This document shows, in pieces, positions 29,041 through 39,195 of a stretch of 64,000 nucleotides of DNA. The notes under the pieces were generated by a model. The model did not search any database and was not told the origin of the DNA. It saw only the letters and a program-made list of their open reading frames with translations. How positions within the stretch are numbered: the first letter of the stretch is position 1; the number at the start of each line of letters is the position of its first letter. Position numbers and translations under genes: made by a program. Source of the DNA: a virus; the IMG/VR virus record IMGVR_UViG_3300023179_000046, positions 38,990 through 102,989 of that record. One strand, 5' to 3'.

Positions 29041-29283
29041 TTAGTAGCCAAGCCCCGCCTCTTTTTCAAGGTGCGTCAATCGTTCCGCGCGCATCTCAAT
29101 AATCTCCAGACGAAGATCGTCAAGATCGGCTTGCCTCTGGATCTCGCGCTTGGTCCTCAGCAACTTTCGTCTCTCAAAGTCAAAGGATCGGCGTAACGCA
29201 GTCATAAGTCCATCACCATCTAAGGAAACCATAACCCATGAAAACAGAAGAACCGCAAACAGCAGGGTCAGCACGCCGCGCAT
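29041..29283 (-). CDS. Hypothetical membrane-anchored protein
   Basis: Hydrophobic N-terminus, charged tail. Confidence 0.55.
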   Translation of the reverse strand: MRGVLTLLFAVLLFSWVMVSLDGDGLMTALRRSFDFERRKLLRTKREIQRQADLDDLRLEIIEMRAERLTHLEKEAGLGY

Positions 29284-29397
29284 GGCGTCAGCCCCACTGT
29301 CTTAATTTCAACCACGGCCAAATCACCGGGCTTCCAATCGTGTGTCATAGTTACTCCATACTCTAAGTGTTTGATGTTGATGCTAGTGTACTAGGGG

Positions 29398-30300
29398 TCA
29401 GATATTCTGTCTACCCGCTTTTTGCCTGTACCCTATAATTAATCTAGCAACAGCAGAGTAAGCAAGTCTTAGTTTCTTGGACGCTTCTTCATAGTCTTTG
29501 TCATTTAAAGTTACGGTTTCATCCAGCATAGACTTAATGTATTCTATTTCGCTTCCGTAAAGTATTTTGTCTAACTCATCCATTGTCATCTAAGACTGTT
29601 GACAGGTAAGTATAGACAGCGTTAGATACTTTTTCTTGGCTTTCATCCTTGGCGCGGTAGCGCATGAGGCTCATCAAAATAGTTTCTATTTCATAGCGAG
29701 TAAGATTAAGAGTATAGTTAGGCTCTGTCTTACCAATTACATCATAAATGTTTTCTGAATCCTTCATTGTTTTCCTTAAACTAAACCGTCATATTTAGAT
29801 GAAGCGGTATCTGAACAATTATTTATATCCGGCCTTTGAATATAACCTAAATAGCCGGGATCTCTATGAGATACATAATGTATCCCACTATCAAATATAT
29901 AGCAATACTTTTTTGATTCTTCATCATAAAAGATGTGAACATGATGATCTTCTGCTATTGATAAATAAATGTTTTTATTTTGATAATCATTAATGTACTT
30001 ACTTATTAGAGACATTTCTGGCCTTTACGACGCGCTCATTTTCGCACTGTTGCATCAACACAACAACAAATAGTGCCTTGTGAATCATACAATCTCTAAA
30101 CTACTCTTAGCAACAAGTTTATTCATGTTTTCCATAAACACATTGATAACAAACGAAGAAACATCAATACAAAAATTGGTAGTGTTCTCTAATTCTTCAT
30201 CAGGAACATCATTCTCAATACAAAGTTTTTCAAGAAGGGCGCTGGAAACGTTAGCAACAATTTCCTCTAAGTCCTTTAAGGACACCGGAATGTCGTTCAT
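29398..30300 (-). CDS. Run of four small hypothetical ORFs (29398-29589, 29576-29767, 29776-30015, 30085-30300)
   Basis: Closely packed, co-oriented, with RBS-like sequences. Confidence 0.6.
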
Positions 30301-30309
30301 GTTTGACTC

Positions 30310-30645
30310 CTATGCTTCGGGGGACGGCTTAATCTTATGCTTGGGCGGAATATTATCTTCAAGACTAGTTATTCTAATTTGAAGTTCGCCAATTAACTTT
30401 TCTAACTCTACATTCTTCTGTAACGCATCATAGTACTTTAGCGTTAAATCTTCAATCTTTTCTTTCAACTGACTGTTAATGAGTCTTAACTCTGTTAACT
30501 CTGAACGTTGTTCTGAACGGATAAGGGCTGCAAAGTCTACATTTGATTTTTTAGTGTTATAAAGATAGTCAATTATTTTTGCTCCAAGCCCGCCGCCTAG
30601 TGCGCCTAAGGCTCCGACTATTAGTGCTAGTGTTGCAGTATCCAA
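30310..30645 (-). CDS. Membrane protein with coiled coil
   Basis: N-terminal TM helix plus heptads. Confidence 0.65.
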   Translation of the reverse strand: MDTATLALIVGALGALGGGLGAKIIDYLYNTKKSNVDFAALIRSEQRSELTELRLINSQLKEKIEDLTLKYYDALQKNVELEKLIGELQIRITSLEDNIPPKHKIKPSPEA

Positions 30646-30660
30646 TTCATATTCACGCCT

Positions 30661-30894
30661 TTACGATATTAGTTCGTTAGCAGTAATTTCTGGTCCGACA
30701 TACTTGCGCTTAACAATATATTGTTTAACAGATTCAAAACCATGAGAACGACCACCCAAAACAATCGCCCACCTTGGCTCAAAATTGTTATCTAAACAAG
30801 TTTGACAAACCAGAACAGTTACTCCCTTAATGATATCAGACTTCTTTGCGAAAACCTGATTTTTTTGCTTTCTACACGAACCACACTCAGTCAT
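30661..30894 (-). CDS. Zn-finger hypothetical protein
   Basis: CGSC...CQTC...FEPRW. Confidence 0.7.
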   Translation of the reverse strand: MTECGSCRKQKNQVFAKKSDIIKGVTVLVCQTCLDNNFEPRWAIVLGGRSHGFESVKQYIVKRKYVGPEITANELIS

Positions 30895-30897
30895 TTC

Positions 30898-31188
30898 CTA
30901 AGACCTCTTTCTCGGAATGTAAGTCTCTCCATTAAGTTCACAAGGAACATTGTATGAACGAATAACATCTCTAACCATAATTAGATAAGACATAATGGCT
31001 TCTCTCTGAGAGTCACTATACTCTAAAATGTTTTCTTCGTAAACGGTAACCGCCAAAAAGTTTGGTAGACCCTTGATGTCCATAACTAGGCCTTTAACTG
31101 GCTGCTTAATTCTTCTAACAGCCGCCGCCATATTAAGATTATAAACAATTCTACCAGTCTGTTCTGGCTTATAGTTGCCCTCGTCCAT
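30898..31188 (-). CDS. Hypothetical protein
   Basis: Coupled ORF. Confidence 0.7.
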   Translation of the reverse strand: MDEGNYKPEQTGRIVYNLNMAAAVRRIKQPVKGLVMDIKGLPNFLAVTVYEENILEYSDSQREAIMSYLIMVRDVIRSYNVPCELNGETYIPRKRS

Positions 31189-31489
31189 GTATCTTCCTCA
31201 ATTTCTTCCAAGTATCCTCAGTCTTATGAGAATTCTGATCCTTGTCTATTCTACCCAAGTTTAAATATACCCCGCCCCAAACACCAAACTCTTTACCTTT
31301 AATGCCTTCTTGGAGACAGAATTTAGCAACGGGGCAGGTAGAACAAATAGAATCTACCTGCTGAGCATGTACCTTATTAGATTCATAGTCATCATAAAAC
31401 CAATTGACTGACATATTCTTACAACTAGCAAGTTGATACCACGCAACGTGATCTTCTTCTAGCCCTAAGTTTTCTAATGAATCACTCAT
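31169..31489 (-). CDS. whiB: WhiB-family transcription factor
   Basis: ASC...ICSTCPVAKFC...FGVWGG. Confidence 0.9.
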   Translation of the reverse strand: MSDSLENLGLEEDHVAWYQLASCKNMSVNWFYDDYESNKVHAQQVDSICSTCPVAKFCLQEGIKGKEFGVWGGVYLNLGRIDKDQNSHKTEDTWKKLRKIHGRGQL

Positions 31490-31710
31490 ACATACTTACT
31501 CAATACTGACCAAGTGCCACTATCTTGCAGGCGAATCTTCACAGCAAATCCCCAATTATTATTGCGGAACATGCCGTTCTTTTGAGTATAACCATTGGGA
31601 CTAACAGTAAACTTTACAATGTCCCACCCGTCCCAATAAAAACCCTTGTGCTTATTGGACTGCACAAAAGCGTGGGCTTGCTCATAGTTTAACTCTGTAT
31701 AAGTAGACAC
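31486..31710 (-). CDS. Hypothetical protein
   Basis: FYWDGWDIV motif; coupled ORF. Confidence 0.7.
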   Translation of the reverse strand: MSTYTELNYEQAHAFVQSNKHKGFYWDGWDIVKFTVSPNGYTQKNGMFRNNNWGFAVKIRLQDSGTWSVLSKYV

Positions 31711-31782
31711 AATATTTTCCTCTGTGTAGGTGATATGTTATGTATTAATAGTACCATTAGAAACTTACTTCGTCAACAGGTT

Positions 31783-32097
31783 TTAGGTATAGATAACCTT
31801 CGAAATACCTGCCTCTAAAATTGCTAAATGACAATTGTCACAGGGACGGGAAAGCAAAGCAACCCCCTGATTATTTACCCTAGCAATATATAGGGTGGCA
31901 CCCTTGGTGTCACCCGCACGCCCAATAGCATCAACCTCAGCATGAACAGAACATTCCTGCTTAACCTTAGACTTCTCAATAATGTCAGGATGATTACGCC
32001 ACTTGTTGATACCAACAGACATAACCCTTCCAGACTTTACGACAACGCATCCATGCTTCTGTCTCATAGTGGACGCTTCGGCAACCTTAGTTGCCAA
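31783..32097 (-). CDS. dCMP/cytidine deaminase family protein
   Basis: KHGCVVV, HAE, SRPCDNC. Confidence 0.88.
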   Translation of the reverse strand: MATKVAEASTMRQKHGCVVVKSGRVMSVGINKWRNHPDIIEKSKVKQECSVHAEVDAIGRAGDTKGATLYIARVNNQGVALLSRPCDNCHLAILEAGISKVIYT

Positions 32098-32157
32098 GCG
32101 TAGGAAAGAACTCTCAGTTTTGGTAAGCCTACGGCTTACCTGCTCCTTTGGGCACGA

Positions 32158-32553
32158 CTACTCCTTAATAACAGTTGTGGGGATATCATGTGACTTCAAA
32201 ATACTAATACAGTAATTGCCACGCTTGTCAGAATCCTTTATGAACACCAACGCTGCATCAATTCCTGACGTAATCATATCGTAGTCACCAGTAATTCTGT
32301 CAACCTTTTCGCCAGAACGCCTCTTAATGAAAAGTTCTTCCTTAATTCGGATTCCCTTTTGACGAAGGTATCTCTCAACCTTGCCAATATACTCAGTAGT
32401 CATATTTTCAGCGCCAGCCTTACCAGTATGGACAAACACAACATTCTTGTTATCGTCGTCAACATACTTCAAGTCCTCAATAATGACTGTCAAATTTCTT
32501 ACAACTGAATTATAATTAGTCCAATTAGGACTACCAACTACTAGCACTCTCAT
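32158..32553 (-). CDS. SLOG/DUF2493-like protein
   Basis: MRVLVVGS..W..Y, VH.G..GAE. Confidence 0.6.
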   Translation of the reverse strand: MRVLVVGSPNWTNYNSVVRNLTVIIEDLKYVDDDNKNVVFVHTGKAGAENMTTEYIGKVERYLRQKGIRIKEELFIKRRSGEKVDRITGDYDMITSGIDAALVFIKDSDKRGNYCISILKSHDIPTTVIKE

Positions 32554-32626
32554 TACGATACCCTCCTAAATAAACAAGCAGGTCTATTGACCTGCCTGCC
32601 CACTAAATAAAAAATTATTTATTTAA

Positions 32627-33139
32627 TCAATCTTCAAACTTAAATACAGTTCTCAACGCATTAGTTGGAATAAGGGGTGAAAAAGCATTGCCCCAAACAG
32701 ACTTTTGCATTTCATTTTCCTCATCGTCATCAACTTGCTGATCGGTTGCCTTATTTACAACAGAGCATTTATCACAGCAGTCGCCAGTACAATCAGCATC
32801 GCACTCGCCGCAACAAGAACACGCTTCAACAGTCTCAGCCTTTTCCATATTGCACAAGGCAAGGTCGCAGCATTTCAGGTCACAATCTAAACCAGAACAA
32901 GTATCGCAACAACCCGCGCCTTTTGTCATAGCCAACTTACCGCCGGAATCAGGCTCAACTGTTGCATTATCTGGAACAGAATACGAGTCATCAGGGCTGG
33001 AAGTCACACCAATATTGTTATTGGCTTTATCCATATCATTTTCACCACCTTTGACATAATATTCTATAGACTTGTCATCCTCTTTATGTTGAGAAGAAGA
33101 TGTAGTTATTGGCGACAAAGACCCATTCCTATCAGGCAT
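32627..33139 (-). CDS. Protein with metallothionein-like Cys clusters
   Basis: CCDTC..DC..KCC, CSCCGECDADC..DCCDKC. Confidence 0.7.
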   Translation of the reverse strand: MPDRNGSLSPITTSSSQHKEDDKSIEYYVKGGENDMDKANNNIGVTSSPDDSYSVPDNATVEPDSGGKLAMTKGAGCCDTCSGLDCDLKCCDLALCNMEKAETVEACSCCGECDADCTGDCCDKCSVVNKATDQQVDDDEENEMQKSVWGNAFSPLIPTNALRTVFKFED

Positions 33140-33392
33140 TGGGACCAGTCTCGTTGTTTACGCTACCCTGCTCTAGAGAAACAATAGGACCACCGTAAGG
33201 GGTGTTAACTGTCATAGAAACATTAGGGCCAGTAATTGGGGAAGCAACATTAATGGTTTTAGGCTCAGCAATACCTAGATCAGTGATCTGGCGAGAAACC
33301 TCCATTGGTGCAAACACAGTGGACTCTGCGGGGTGTGAACCCTCTTGTTGAGAAATTTTACTGTTACCGTTCATTTTTTCACCTACTCTCAC
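33132..33392 (-). CDS. Hypothetical protein
   Basis: Extended -10 TGATATAAT upstream. Confidence 0.65.
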   Translation of the reverse strand: MRVGEKMNGNSKISQQEGSHPAESTVFAPMEVSRQITDLGIAEPKTINVASPITGPNVSMTVNTPYGGPIVSLEQGSVNNETGPNA

Positions 33393-33424
33393 AGATATAT
33401 AAACTATATACTCATAACATTATA

Positions 33425-33964
33425 TCAGTTATTTTGGAATTGTCTAGAGTATTCATACATGGCAATGCCAGAAGCAGTACCAACATTCAAACTACGAACA
33501 GAACCTTGCTGCGGAATATATACTTTATTGTCACACCATTCAAGTAATTCATCAGAAATACCCCGCCCTTCCTCACCAAAACACATCACAGTATTGGCAG
33601 GGAAAACAAAATCATAAATACTTTCAGAAGACTCAACATTATCAACACCAACCCAACGATACGAACAAGCAACATCAACACTCATAGTGTCAATCAAATG
33701 ATCTATTGAATCAACATAGATAACATTCTCATAATGATGAGTGCCAACAGTGCCACGCTTGTCATACCTACGAGCGCGGGGACCAACAATATAAATATCA
33801 GACCCCAAGAAAGCATTATGATTTCTAATACCAGAAGCCTTATTGAAATCCCCATTAATGTGTTCAAAAACAGAGATAAAAGGCCTACGCTTTAACTTAA
33901 GATCATTAACAATCTTTTCATGCGGCCAATACTTATACATATCAATGACATTACGACCGTCCAT
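33425..33964 (-). CDS. TrmH/SpoU-family RNA methyltransferase
   Basis: FGEEGRGIS, VYIPQQGSVRSLNVGTASGIAMY. Confidence 0.92.
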   Translation of the reverse strand: MDGRNVIDMYKYWPHEKIVNDLKLKRRPFISVFEHINGDFNKASGIRNHNAFLGSDIYIVGPRARRYDKRGTVGTHHYENVIYVDSIDHLIDTMSVDVACSYRWVGVDNVESSESIYDFVFPANTVMCFGEEGRGISDELLEWCDNKVYIPQQGSVRSLNVGTASGIAMYEYSRQFQNN

Positions 33965-34181
33965 ATTTACGCCAATTCAATAAGTCTGTACCCATAATAG
34001 TTTCCCCTTCAACTTTCTTCTCACAGTGCAAACACTTATACATGATGTATAATCCGTTTAAGATTTCATCGGTTTTCTGATACTCATGCTTATGATTTGC
34101 CTTCTTAGGGCGGGGCTTCCTATCAATCTTGCGAGGACGAGTGATTTCATCACGCTCGTCAGAATAATCCTTATACTTCAT
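33951..34181 (-). CDS. Hypothetical protein
   Basis: KKANHKHEY...CLHC. Confidence 0.7.
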   Translation of the reverse strand: MKYKDYSDERDEITRPRKIDRKPRPKKANHKHEYQKTDEILNGLYIMYKCLHCEKKVEGETIMGTDLLNWRKYGRS

Positions 34182-34201
34182 GATCCCAATTCTTGTAGAA
34201 G

Positions 34202-34432
34202 TTACGCACTACTATCCGGCTTTTGATTGATCTTATCACGATTATCAACGATTTGGTAAGAGTAATTTCTAATGTCCTTCTCATACTTCTCAAAATGATG
34301 CTTACAAAAGGTCAGGGGGCCGTAAGCCCCCTTCGCCAAAACATATGCCTGCGACCCGCAACGATCACACCTATCAAAACCAGTAATTTCATCGACAGGT
34401 TCTTCTACTTCTTTAACTTTTTCATCCAACAC
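34202..34432 (-). CDS. Small actinobacterial Zn-finger protein
   Basis: DRCDRCGSQAYV...L.FCKHH. Confidence 0.75.
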   Translation of the reverse strand: MLDEKVKEVEEPVDEITGFDRCDRCGSQAYVLAKGAYGPLTFCKHHFEKYEKDIRNYSYQIVDNRDKINQKPDSSA

Positions 34433-34480
34433 GGTTTCCTCCTAGCATATGTTTTACATTAATAGTTTATCATGGTAGCG

Positions 34481-34556
34481 TCCCGACGACAGGGGTCGAA
34501 CCTGCATGTATCCATTAACCTTTCTAGCGGGTAGAAACCGCAGGGTATACGTCGGG
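34481..34556 (-). ncRNA. Non-canonical tRNA-like RNA (possible TCT/Arg anticodon; no D-arm, long variable region)
   Basis: Acceptor CCCGACG/CGTCGGG+A, T arm GCAGG-TTCGACC-CCTGT, GCGG-TTTCTAC-CCGC arm; only TATACCCT in the D-arm position. Confidence 0.7.
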
Positions 34557-34569
34557 CGGCACAACTAGC

Positions 34570-35163
34570 CTAGGTAGCAATTCTTTTATTGTTTCTTAGA
34601 TATTTATATGCCGATAAAATTATATCTGGATTATCATTCAGTAAGCCCATTCCGTTATTGCATCTATTACAGAGTAGACCCCTTATGCATTTACCGCAAG
34701 TTATTCTGTTGGATGGACAACATGAATGGTCATGGTCTACACAGAATTTATCAGATGCTTTATCACATATAGCGCATCTACCACCTTGAGACTCTAGCAG
34801 AAATTCCCATTGATCTATACTAATCTTATATTTTCTAATTAAACTAGAGTGTTTTTTCATTCTTATCTGACATTTAACGCAGCGGTTCTTATGATTGCTT
34901 TTTTTAAATTCTTCTAGCGGAAATATATTCTTGCACCGTGAACATAGTCTAACCTTATCGTTATTTACCTTGCTTCCCAAGTTGCGAGAATTGGGAGGCT
35001 TGCCGCCTCTGTTATTACAGTTTGAACATAGCCCACGGGTGTTTGCGGCTGGTAGCCCACAATTGTTTTTGCAGAGGCCATACTGTTCAAGATTCCAGTG
35101 GCTAGTGCAAAGCCCTCTGGCACGAATTTTTTCTCTATTGCAATCTTTATAAATACATATCAT
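34570..35163 (-). CDS. Endonuclease VII-family HNH homing endonuclease
   Basis: QGGRCAIC...VDHDH.CC....CGKCIRGLLC.RCN..G; leaderless start after TGGTATAAT. Confidence 0.9.
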   Translation of the reverse strand: MICIYKDCNREKIRARGLCTSHWNLEQYGLCKNNCGLPAANTRGLCSNCNNRGGKPPNSRNLGSKVNNDKVRLCSRCKNIFPLEEFKKSNHKNRCVKCQIRMKKHSSLIRKYKISIDQWEFLLESQGGRCAICDKASDKFCVDHDHSCCPSNRITCGKCIRGLLCNRCNNGMGLLNDNPDIILSAYKYLRNNKRIAT

Positions 35164-35170
35164 GCATATA

Positions 35171-35659
35171 TTATACCACAAATCCGTGGGATGCGAGAGG
35201 CCAATAATAGTTACACGATGAGCAACAAACATCTGCCGCAGCCGCAACTTCATGGCTCTTGTAAAGATCATAGTGGATGGGATCTTTTAAGTAAAGGGCA
35301 CGCCTATGAGTATTTACTACACGGTCAAGAGCAGTCGAATCTGAAATCCACGCAGGCGGGGTGTGTTCATACTGAACAGACTTAAAAGCATTGTTGTAGA
35401 TATTTTGAATAGACTGCCAATTATTTTGCCACTTGAAGTTACGGATTTCCATTTCATCACGAATGGCTGAAAGGTAGTAGTAAAAGTGTCCACCATGCCC
35501 CGCCCACATTTTAACTGCTGGATGATGCCTCCAACCATTACGATTGCCTGCAATAACATCAATGATCTGGAGGCCTTCCAGAAGTTGTTTGACCAACCTT
35601 TTAGTGTCAAGAACGCTGGCAGACTCAGCAAAAGTATATTCCGAAAGAAAGGTTTGCAT
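35171..35659 (-). CDS. Pyrimidine dimer glycosylase-like (MSMEG_6728-type) protein
   Basis: MQTFL...LD.KRL.KQ..E..QI...W.HHPAVKMW.G...KDP.HY. Confidence 0.85.
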   Translation of the reverse strand: MQTFLSEYTFAESASVLDTKRLVKQLLEGLQIIDVIAGNRNGWRHHPAVKMWAGHGGHFYYYLSAIRDEMEIRNFKWQNNWQSIQNIYNNAFKSVQYEHTPPAWISDSTALDRVVNTHRRALYLKDPIHYDLYKSHEVAAAADVCCSSCNYYWPLASHGFVV

Positions 35660-35687
35660 TATACCTCAAATCTAGTAGAAGTTATAG

Positions 35688-36085
35688 TTACTTTAACCCG
35701 CCGCGATACTTCTTCTTAATGCGTGGGGCTAGGCCAGACTTTACCAGAGAAAGATAAGCCTGTCCATACTTTTTCTCAGCAGCATCCCCCGGCTTACCCC
35801 CAATACCCTTCTTCAACTCAACAGACGCCGCGTTAAACGCGCGCCACAAATCATCTGCATTATCAGACATTACGACTCCTTATCAATAGGTGTAGGTGCT
35901 GTGGCCCGTGTGCCACAATTTACGCATTCCATATCAAGTGCATACCAAGAAATTTCATAATCTTCAAAACCAACCACAATCTTCCACATATTTGCTTTGC
36001 ATATACACTCATGGAGGATAATACCCTTCATATCATATGAACGCAAGGGTTCCTGTGGAACAAAATCTAATATATTTTTGCTCAT
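35688..36085 (-). CDS. Two small hypothetical ORFs (35688-35870; 35870-36085 Zn-ribbon)
   Basis: Coupled ORFs; CIC...CVNCG..ATAPTP. Confidence 0.65.
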
Positions 36086-36633
36086 GATGACTCAAAGTGG
36101 AAGGGTGAGGATACGCTAGGGCTATGCTTTTCAGCAGCCCTCAAAGCCAAATTTAAATAATCAAGAGGGTGCATTTCTTCGTCTGTCGAAAGTGCTTCTA
36201 GGGCACCCAAAGCATAGGGGGAGCCTGAACCTATCGCATGGTAATCTCTGTCATAACTGCTTACATTAAAGTCATCTTCTATGATGAAGATGTTGCCTCT
36301 CACGCCTACAATTAAACTCCATCCATTTGCCTCATCTAACAAACTAGGGTAGCAATTTTCTGTAAGACAGGCGCGGAGCGCAGGAATAAAATGTTTAACC
36401 ATAAACTTTATAAGAAAGTCATGTTCATCAGAATCAGAAATAATTTTAGGAGGCTTGAAATGATATTCTACTATCTGCCCTAACCTAAAACTATGACAAT
36501 ATCCAATTAGAAAATCACCATTAGAAAAAACTTTAGGGCGTATCTGTGTGGATATCTCTGTGTCGCTTGCGGCAGCGGAGTCAGATGCCATATATACTTT
36601 CCCGTCCCTAATACAAGCAACTACACACGTCAT
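36082..36633 (-). CDS. Ntn-hydrolase (HslV/proteasome-like) protease
   Basis: N-terminal MTC, MASDS, AIGSGS.YALGAL. Confidence 0.85.
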   Translation of the reverse strand: MTCVVACIRDGKVYMASDSAAASDTEISTQIRPKVFSNGDFLIGYCHSFRLGQIVEYHFKPPKIISDSDEHDFLIKFMVKHFIPALRACLTENCYPSLLDEANGWSLIVGVRGNIFIIEDDFNVSSYDRDYHAIGSGSPYALGALEALSTDEEMHPLDYLNLALRAAEKHSPSVSSPFHFESS

Positions 36634-36926
36634 TAGTTTGGTCCCAATCCAATAGAGTTTTTATAGTTAACAACATTAACTGCATGAACAATGTCCTCAG
36701 CAGTCAATTCTTTTTGCTGCCGTATAAATATTTCTTGCAAATAGGTTAGGGAAAGAGCGACCCATTTTAAAACCATGTAAGCAATAAGTAGTAGGACGGG
36801 AAGATACGGAATATTACGATTGTATACTTCCATGACAAAGCCTACGGGGACGGCAACATAAACAAAACTACGAATAAATATTTGAGTTGCATACCCAAAA
36901 TAGTAAGCAATATCACTCATCTTCAT
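36633..36926 (-). CDS. Two-TM membrane protein
   Basis: Two hydrophobic helices. Confidence 0.65.
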   Translation of the reverse strand: MKMSDIAYYFGYATQIFIRSFVYVAVPVGFVMEVYNRNIPYLPVLLLIAYMVLKWVALSLTYLQEIFIRQQKELTAEDIVHAVNVVNYKNSIGLGPN

Positions 36927-38071
36927 TTGTTTAACCTGCTTCTCTTGTTATTCTTAACAATCTTCTCAATAGTCTCTAACCATAGCGGTGCAACGTTAAC
37001 AATATTATACTTGTCAGAAACTAATTCGTATCCACGATCCGCTTGTTCTTTACGATAGGACGGATCAATAAGTTTTTCCATATGATTAATCCAATGACGA
37101 GCCTTAGTTGCAGTATTACCCGCCCCCTCAGATTCTAACTTCTTGTACTCATAAGAACCATAGGCAACGAAGGGGATGCCAGACATAGCGTACTCTAACC
37201 CCTTTAGATTACTCTTAGCCTCATTAAATGGCAAAGAGTTAAGAGGAACAATACCAATGTCCATAGGGAGAAGCAAGTTGCCATAATATTGTGCGCTAGA
37301 GCCAGTAGTCCCCGTCAATCTTTCAGGATCAATCTTAGCAATCCTAGCAAATTCTTTAGGATCTTGTGGATTAATACCTGCATGATGAAAACGAAGGTCA
37401 TGGCGGTCCAAGAACGGCCCTAGCCAGCCCTGTAATTCCTCAATGTCACCAGAACGCCACACCATAATACCAACCCATCCCACAGTGGGCTTAACGCCAG
37501 CAGAATCCCAACGCTTAACAAAATGTTTAGGGTCAATCGAATTATAAACTTGATAGCAATTCTCATTCTTTTTAGAATAGAAATCATTAAGAAACTTAGT
37601 GCTTGTAATTAAACCATCACAATAACGATATGAGGCAAGCATATGGTTTCTATTCCATGTAGCGTCTCTATCGGGGTGGGTAGTTTGAAAAGCAATATTG
37701 GTAGTAGGAAGTCCATCAAACCAGTCATCAACATCAAAAATGATAGTTTGACCTAGTTTTTGGGCCTTCTCGAAATACTCCTTGGCCTCATGCCACATCC
37801 AAAGTTTAAAAATTACGACATCTATGCCGCCAGAGTATTCCTTAGGATTAATAATCGGTCCACGACTATTTGTTTTTAATCTTTCTACTGTTGGTACAGC
37901 AACGAATCCTTCATCGTCCCGCCAACCAACTTCACCAATAACTGTGTCTAACCCTAATTTATTTAACTGCTCGGAAGGACCAAAGCATCTGATCCAAGTA
38001 CAACCTCCCGGCTGTGATGAAACATAATCGCCCCAATCCGAACTGAGAAAGGCTACCTTCATACTACCCAC
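36923..38071 (-). CDS. GT-B glycosyltransferase
   Basis: DVDD, VGWVG, DIGIVPL...FNEAKSNLKGLEY. Confidence 0.85.
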   Translation of the reverse strand: MGSMKVAFLSSDWGDYVSSQPGGCTWIRCFGPSEQLNKLGLDTVIGEVGWRDDEGFVAVPTVERLKTNSRGPIINPKEYSGGIDVVIFKLWMWHEAKEYFEKAQKLGQTIIFDVDDWFDGLPTTNIAFQTTHPDRDATWNRNHMLASYRYCDGLITSTKFLNDFYSKKNENCYQVYNSIDPKHFVKRWDSAGVKPTVGWVGIMVWRSGDIEELQGWLGPFLDRHDLRFHHAGINPQDPKEFARIAKIDPERLTGTTGSSAQYYGNLLLPMDIGIVPLNSLPFNEAKSNLKGLEYAMSGIPFVAYGSYEYKKLESEGAGNTATKARHWINHMEKLIDPSYRKEQADRGYELVSDKYNIVNVAPLWLETIEKIVKNNKRSRLNK

Positions 38072-38097
38072 CCTTAAAATAGAAAAGAACTACTTAC

Positions 38098-38634
38098 TTA
38101 GAATCCACACGACCAGCGGCCTCCACGCCACGGACTTTTGTTTCTTCCATTCTGCCATACTGCCCAAAATGCGCGGTCCTGATCTAACCTAGACCATCTA
38201 GAAATAGGCTTATAAGCCAACTTTTTCTTATTTAACATTTTGGCGAGTTTCTTAGTCCAGAAGGGCATAAACTGGTAGGCACCCTGAGCGCCACTGTGTC
38301 TATTAACAACACGGTAGTTTCCCTCTGACTCTCTCTTAACAATACATTTACGGGTCGGTTCCCATCTAACATGAAACCCCGTACCCCGCCACGCTGAGGA
38401 AGCAACACTTCCATAGGAATAAATCATTCTCTGCGGTGCGATAAAAGAAACATTACGAACGTTAGGTTCTGTAAAAGAAACATTACGAACATTAACTTTA
38501 CTTGCATTTATGTTACTTATAGTAATCATACTTTCATTATTGCTGTCACGCTCTTGGGCTGATGCTACCTGTACTCCAACTAGCGAAGTAAGAAGGACAA
38601 CAGCGGAGAGCATGACTCTCATAATTTGAGTCAT
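38098..38634 (-). CDS. Secreted lysozyme-like transglycosylase
   Basis: Signal peptide; CIVKRESEGNY...GAQGAYQF...W...QD...PW; internal NVRNVSF duplication. Confidence 0.85.
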   Translation of the reverse strand: MTQIMRVMLSAVVLLTSLVGVQVASAQERDSNNESMITISNINASKVNVRNVSFTEPNVRNVSFIAPQRMIYSYGSVASSAWRGTGFHVRWEPTRKCIVKRESEGNYRVVNRHSGAQGAYQFMPFWTKKLAKMLNKKKLAYKPISRWSRLDQDRAFWAVWQNGRNKSPWRGGRWSCGF

Positions 38635-38679
38635 TAATACAGAATAGCACTGTAAATTCCATAAGTCAATGCAAAATGA

Positions 38680-39120
38680 CTATTGAGACACAGTACTTCG
38701 TAGTTGCCAATCCCAAAACTGATGCTTGTCAATACGTTCAGCGAGGAAATTAGCGACACCCTGCTCGTTTTCAGCGTCAGCAACAATAAAAGTTTCTTTC
38801 AACAAATCAATAATCTTTGAATTAGTTTCAATCAAAACTCTGACCATTTCCATAGCATCAAGAGTCGGGGTTTCATCAAACTTGATAGTAGAATTCATCT
38901 GCCAACTACGCAAGCCAAACGGTGCGTACACTCCAAGTTTACGCAAATTTTCAGCATAAGCATCAATAGAATCAAAAACATCTTCATAGATTTCTAAGAA
39001 AAACGCATGTAGTTCTTTAAAGAACGGCCCTCTAACATTCCAATGAAAGCCATGAGACTGTGCATACATGCCAACAGCATTGGCTTGCAGGTTTACCAAT
39101 TTTTCTACCAAGAAAGACAT
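38680..39120 (-). CDS. dps: Dps-family ferritin-like protein
   Basis: HGFHWNV.GP.F..LH.F..EIY...D..AE..R.LG. Confidence 0.93.
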   Translation of the reverse strand: MSFLVEKLVNLQANAVGMYAQSHGFHWNVRGPFFKELHAFFLEIYEDVFDSIDAYAENLRKLGVYAPFGLRSWQMNSTIKFDETPTLDAMEMVRVLIETNSKIIDLLKETFIVADAENEQGVANFLAERIDKHQFWDWQLRSTVSQ

Positions 39121-39195
39121 ATTACTCCCTATAAAGCATTAGGGTAGTGGACAAATAATTCATCCACTACCCTAATATTGTATCATCAATGATGA

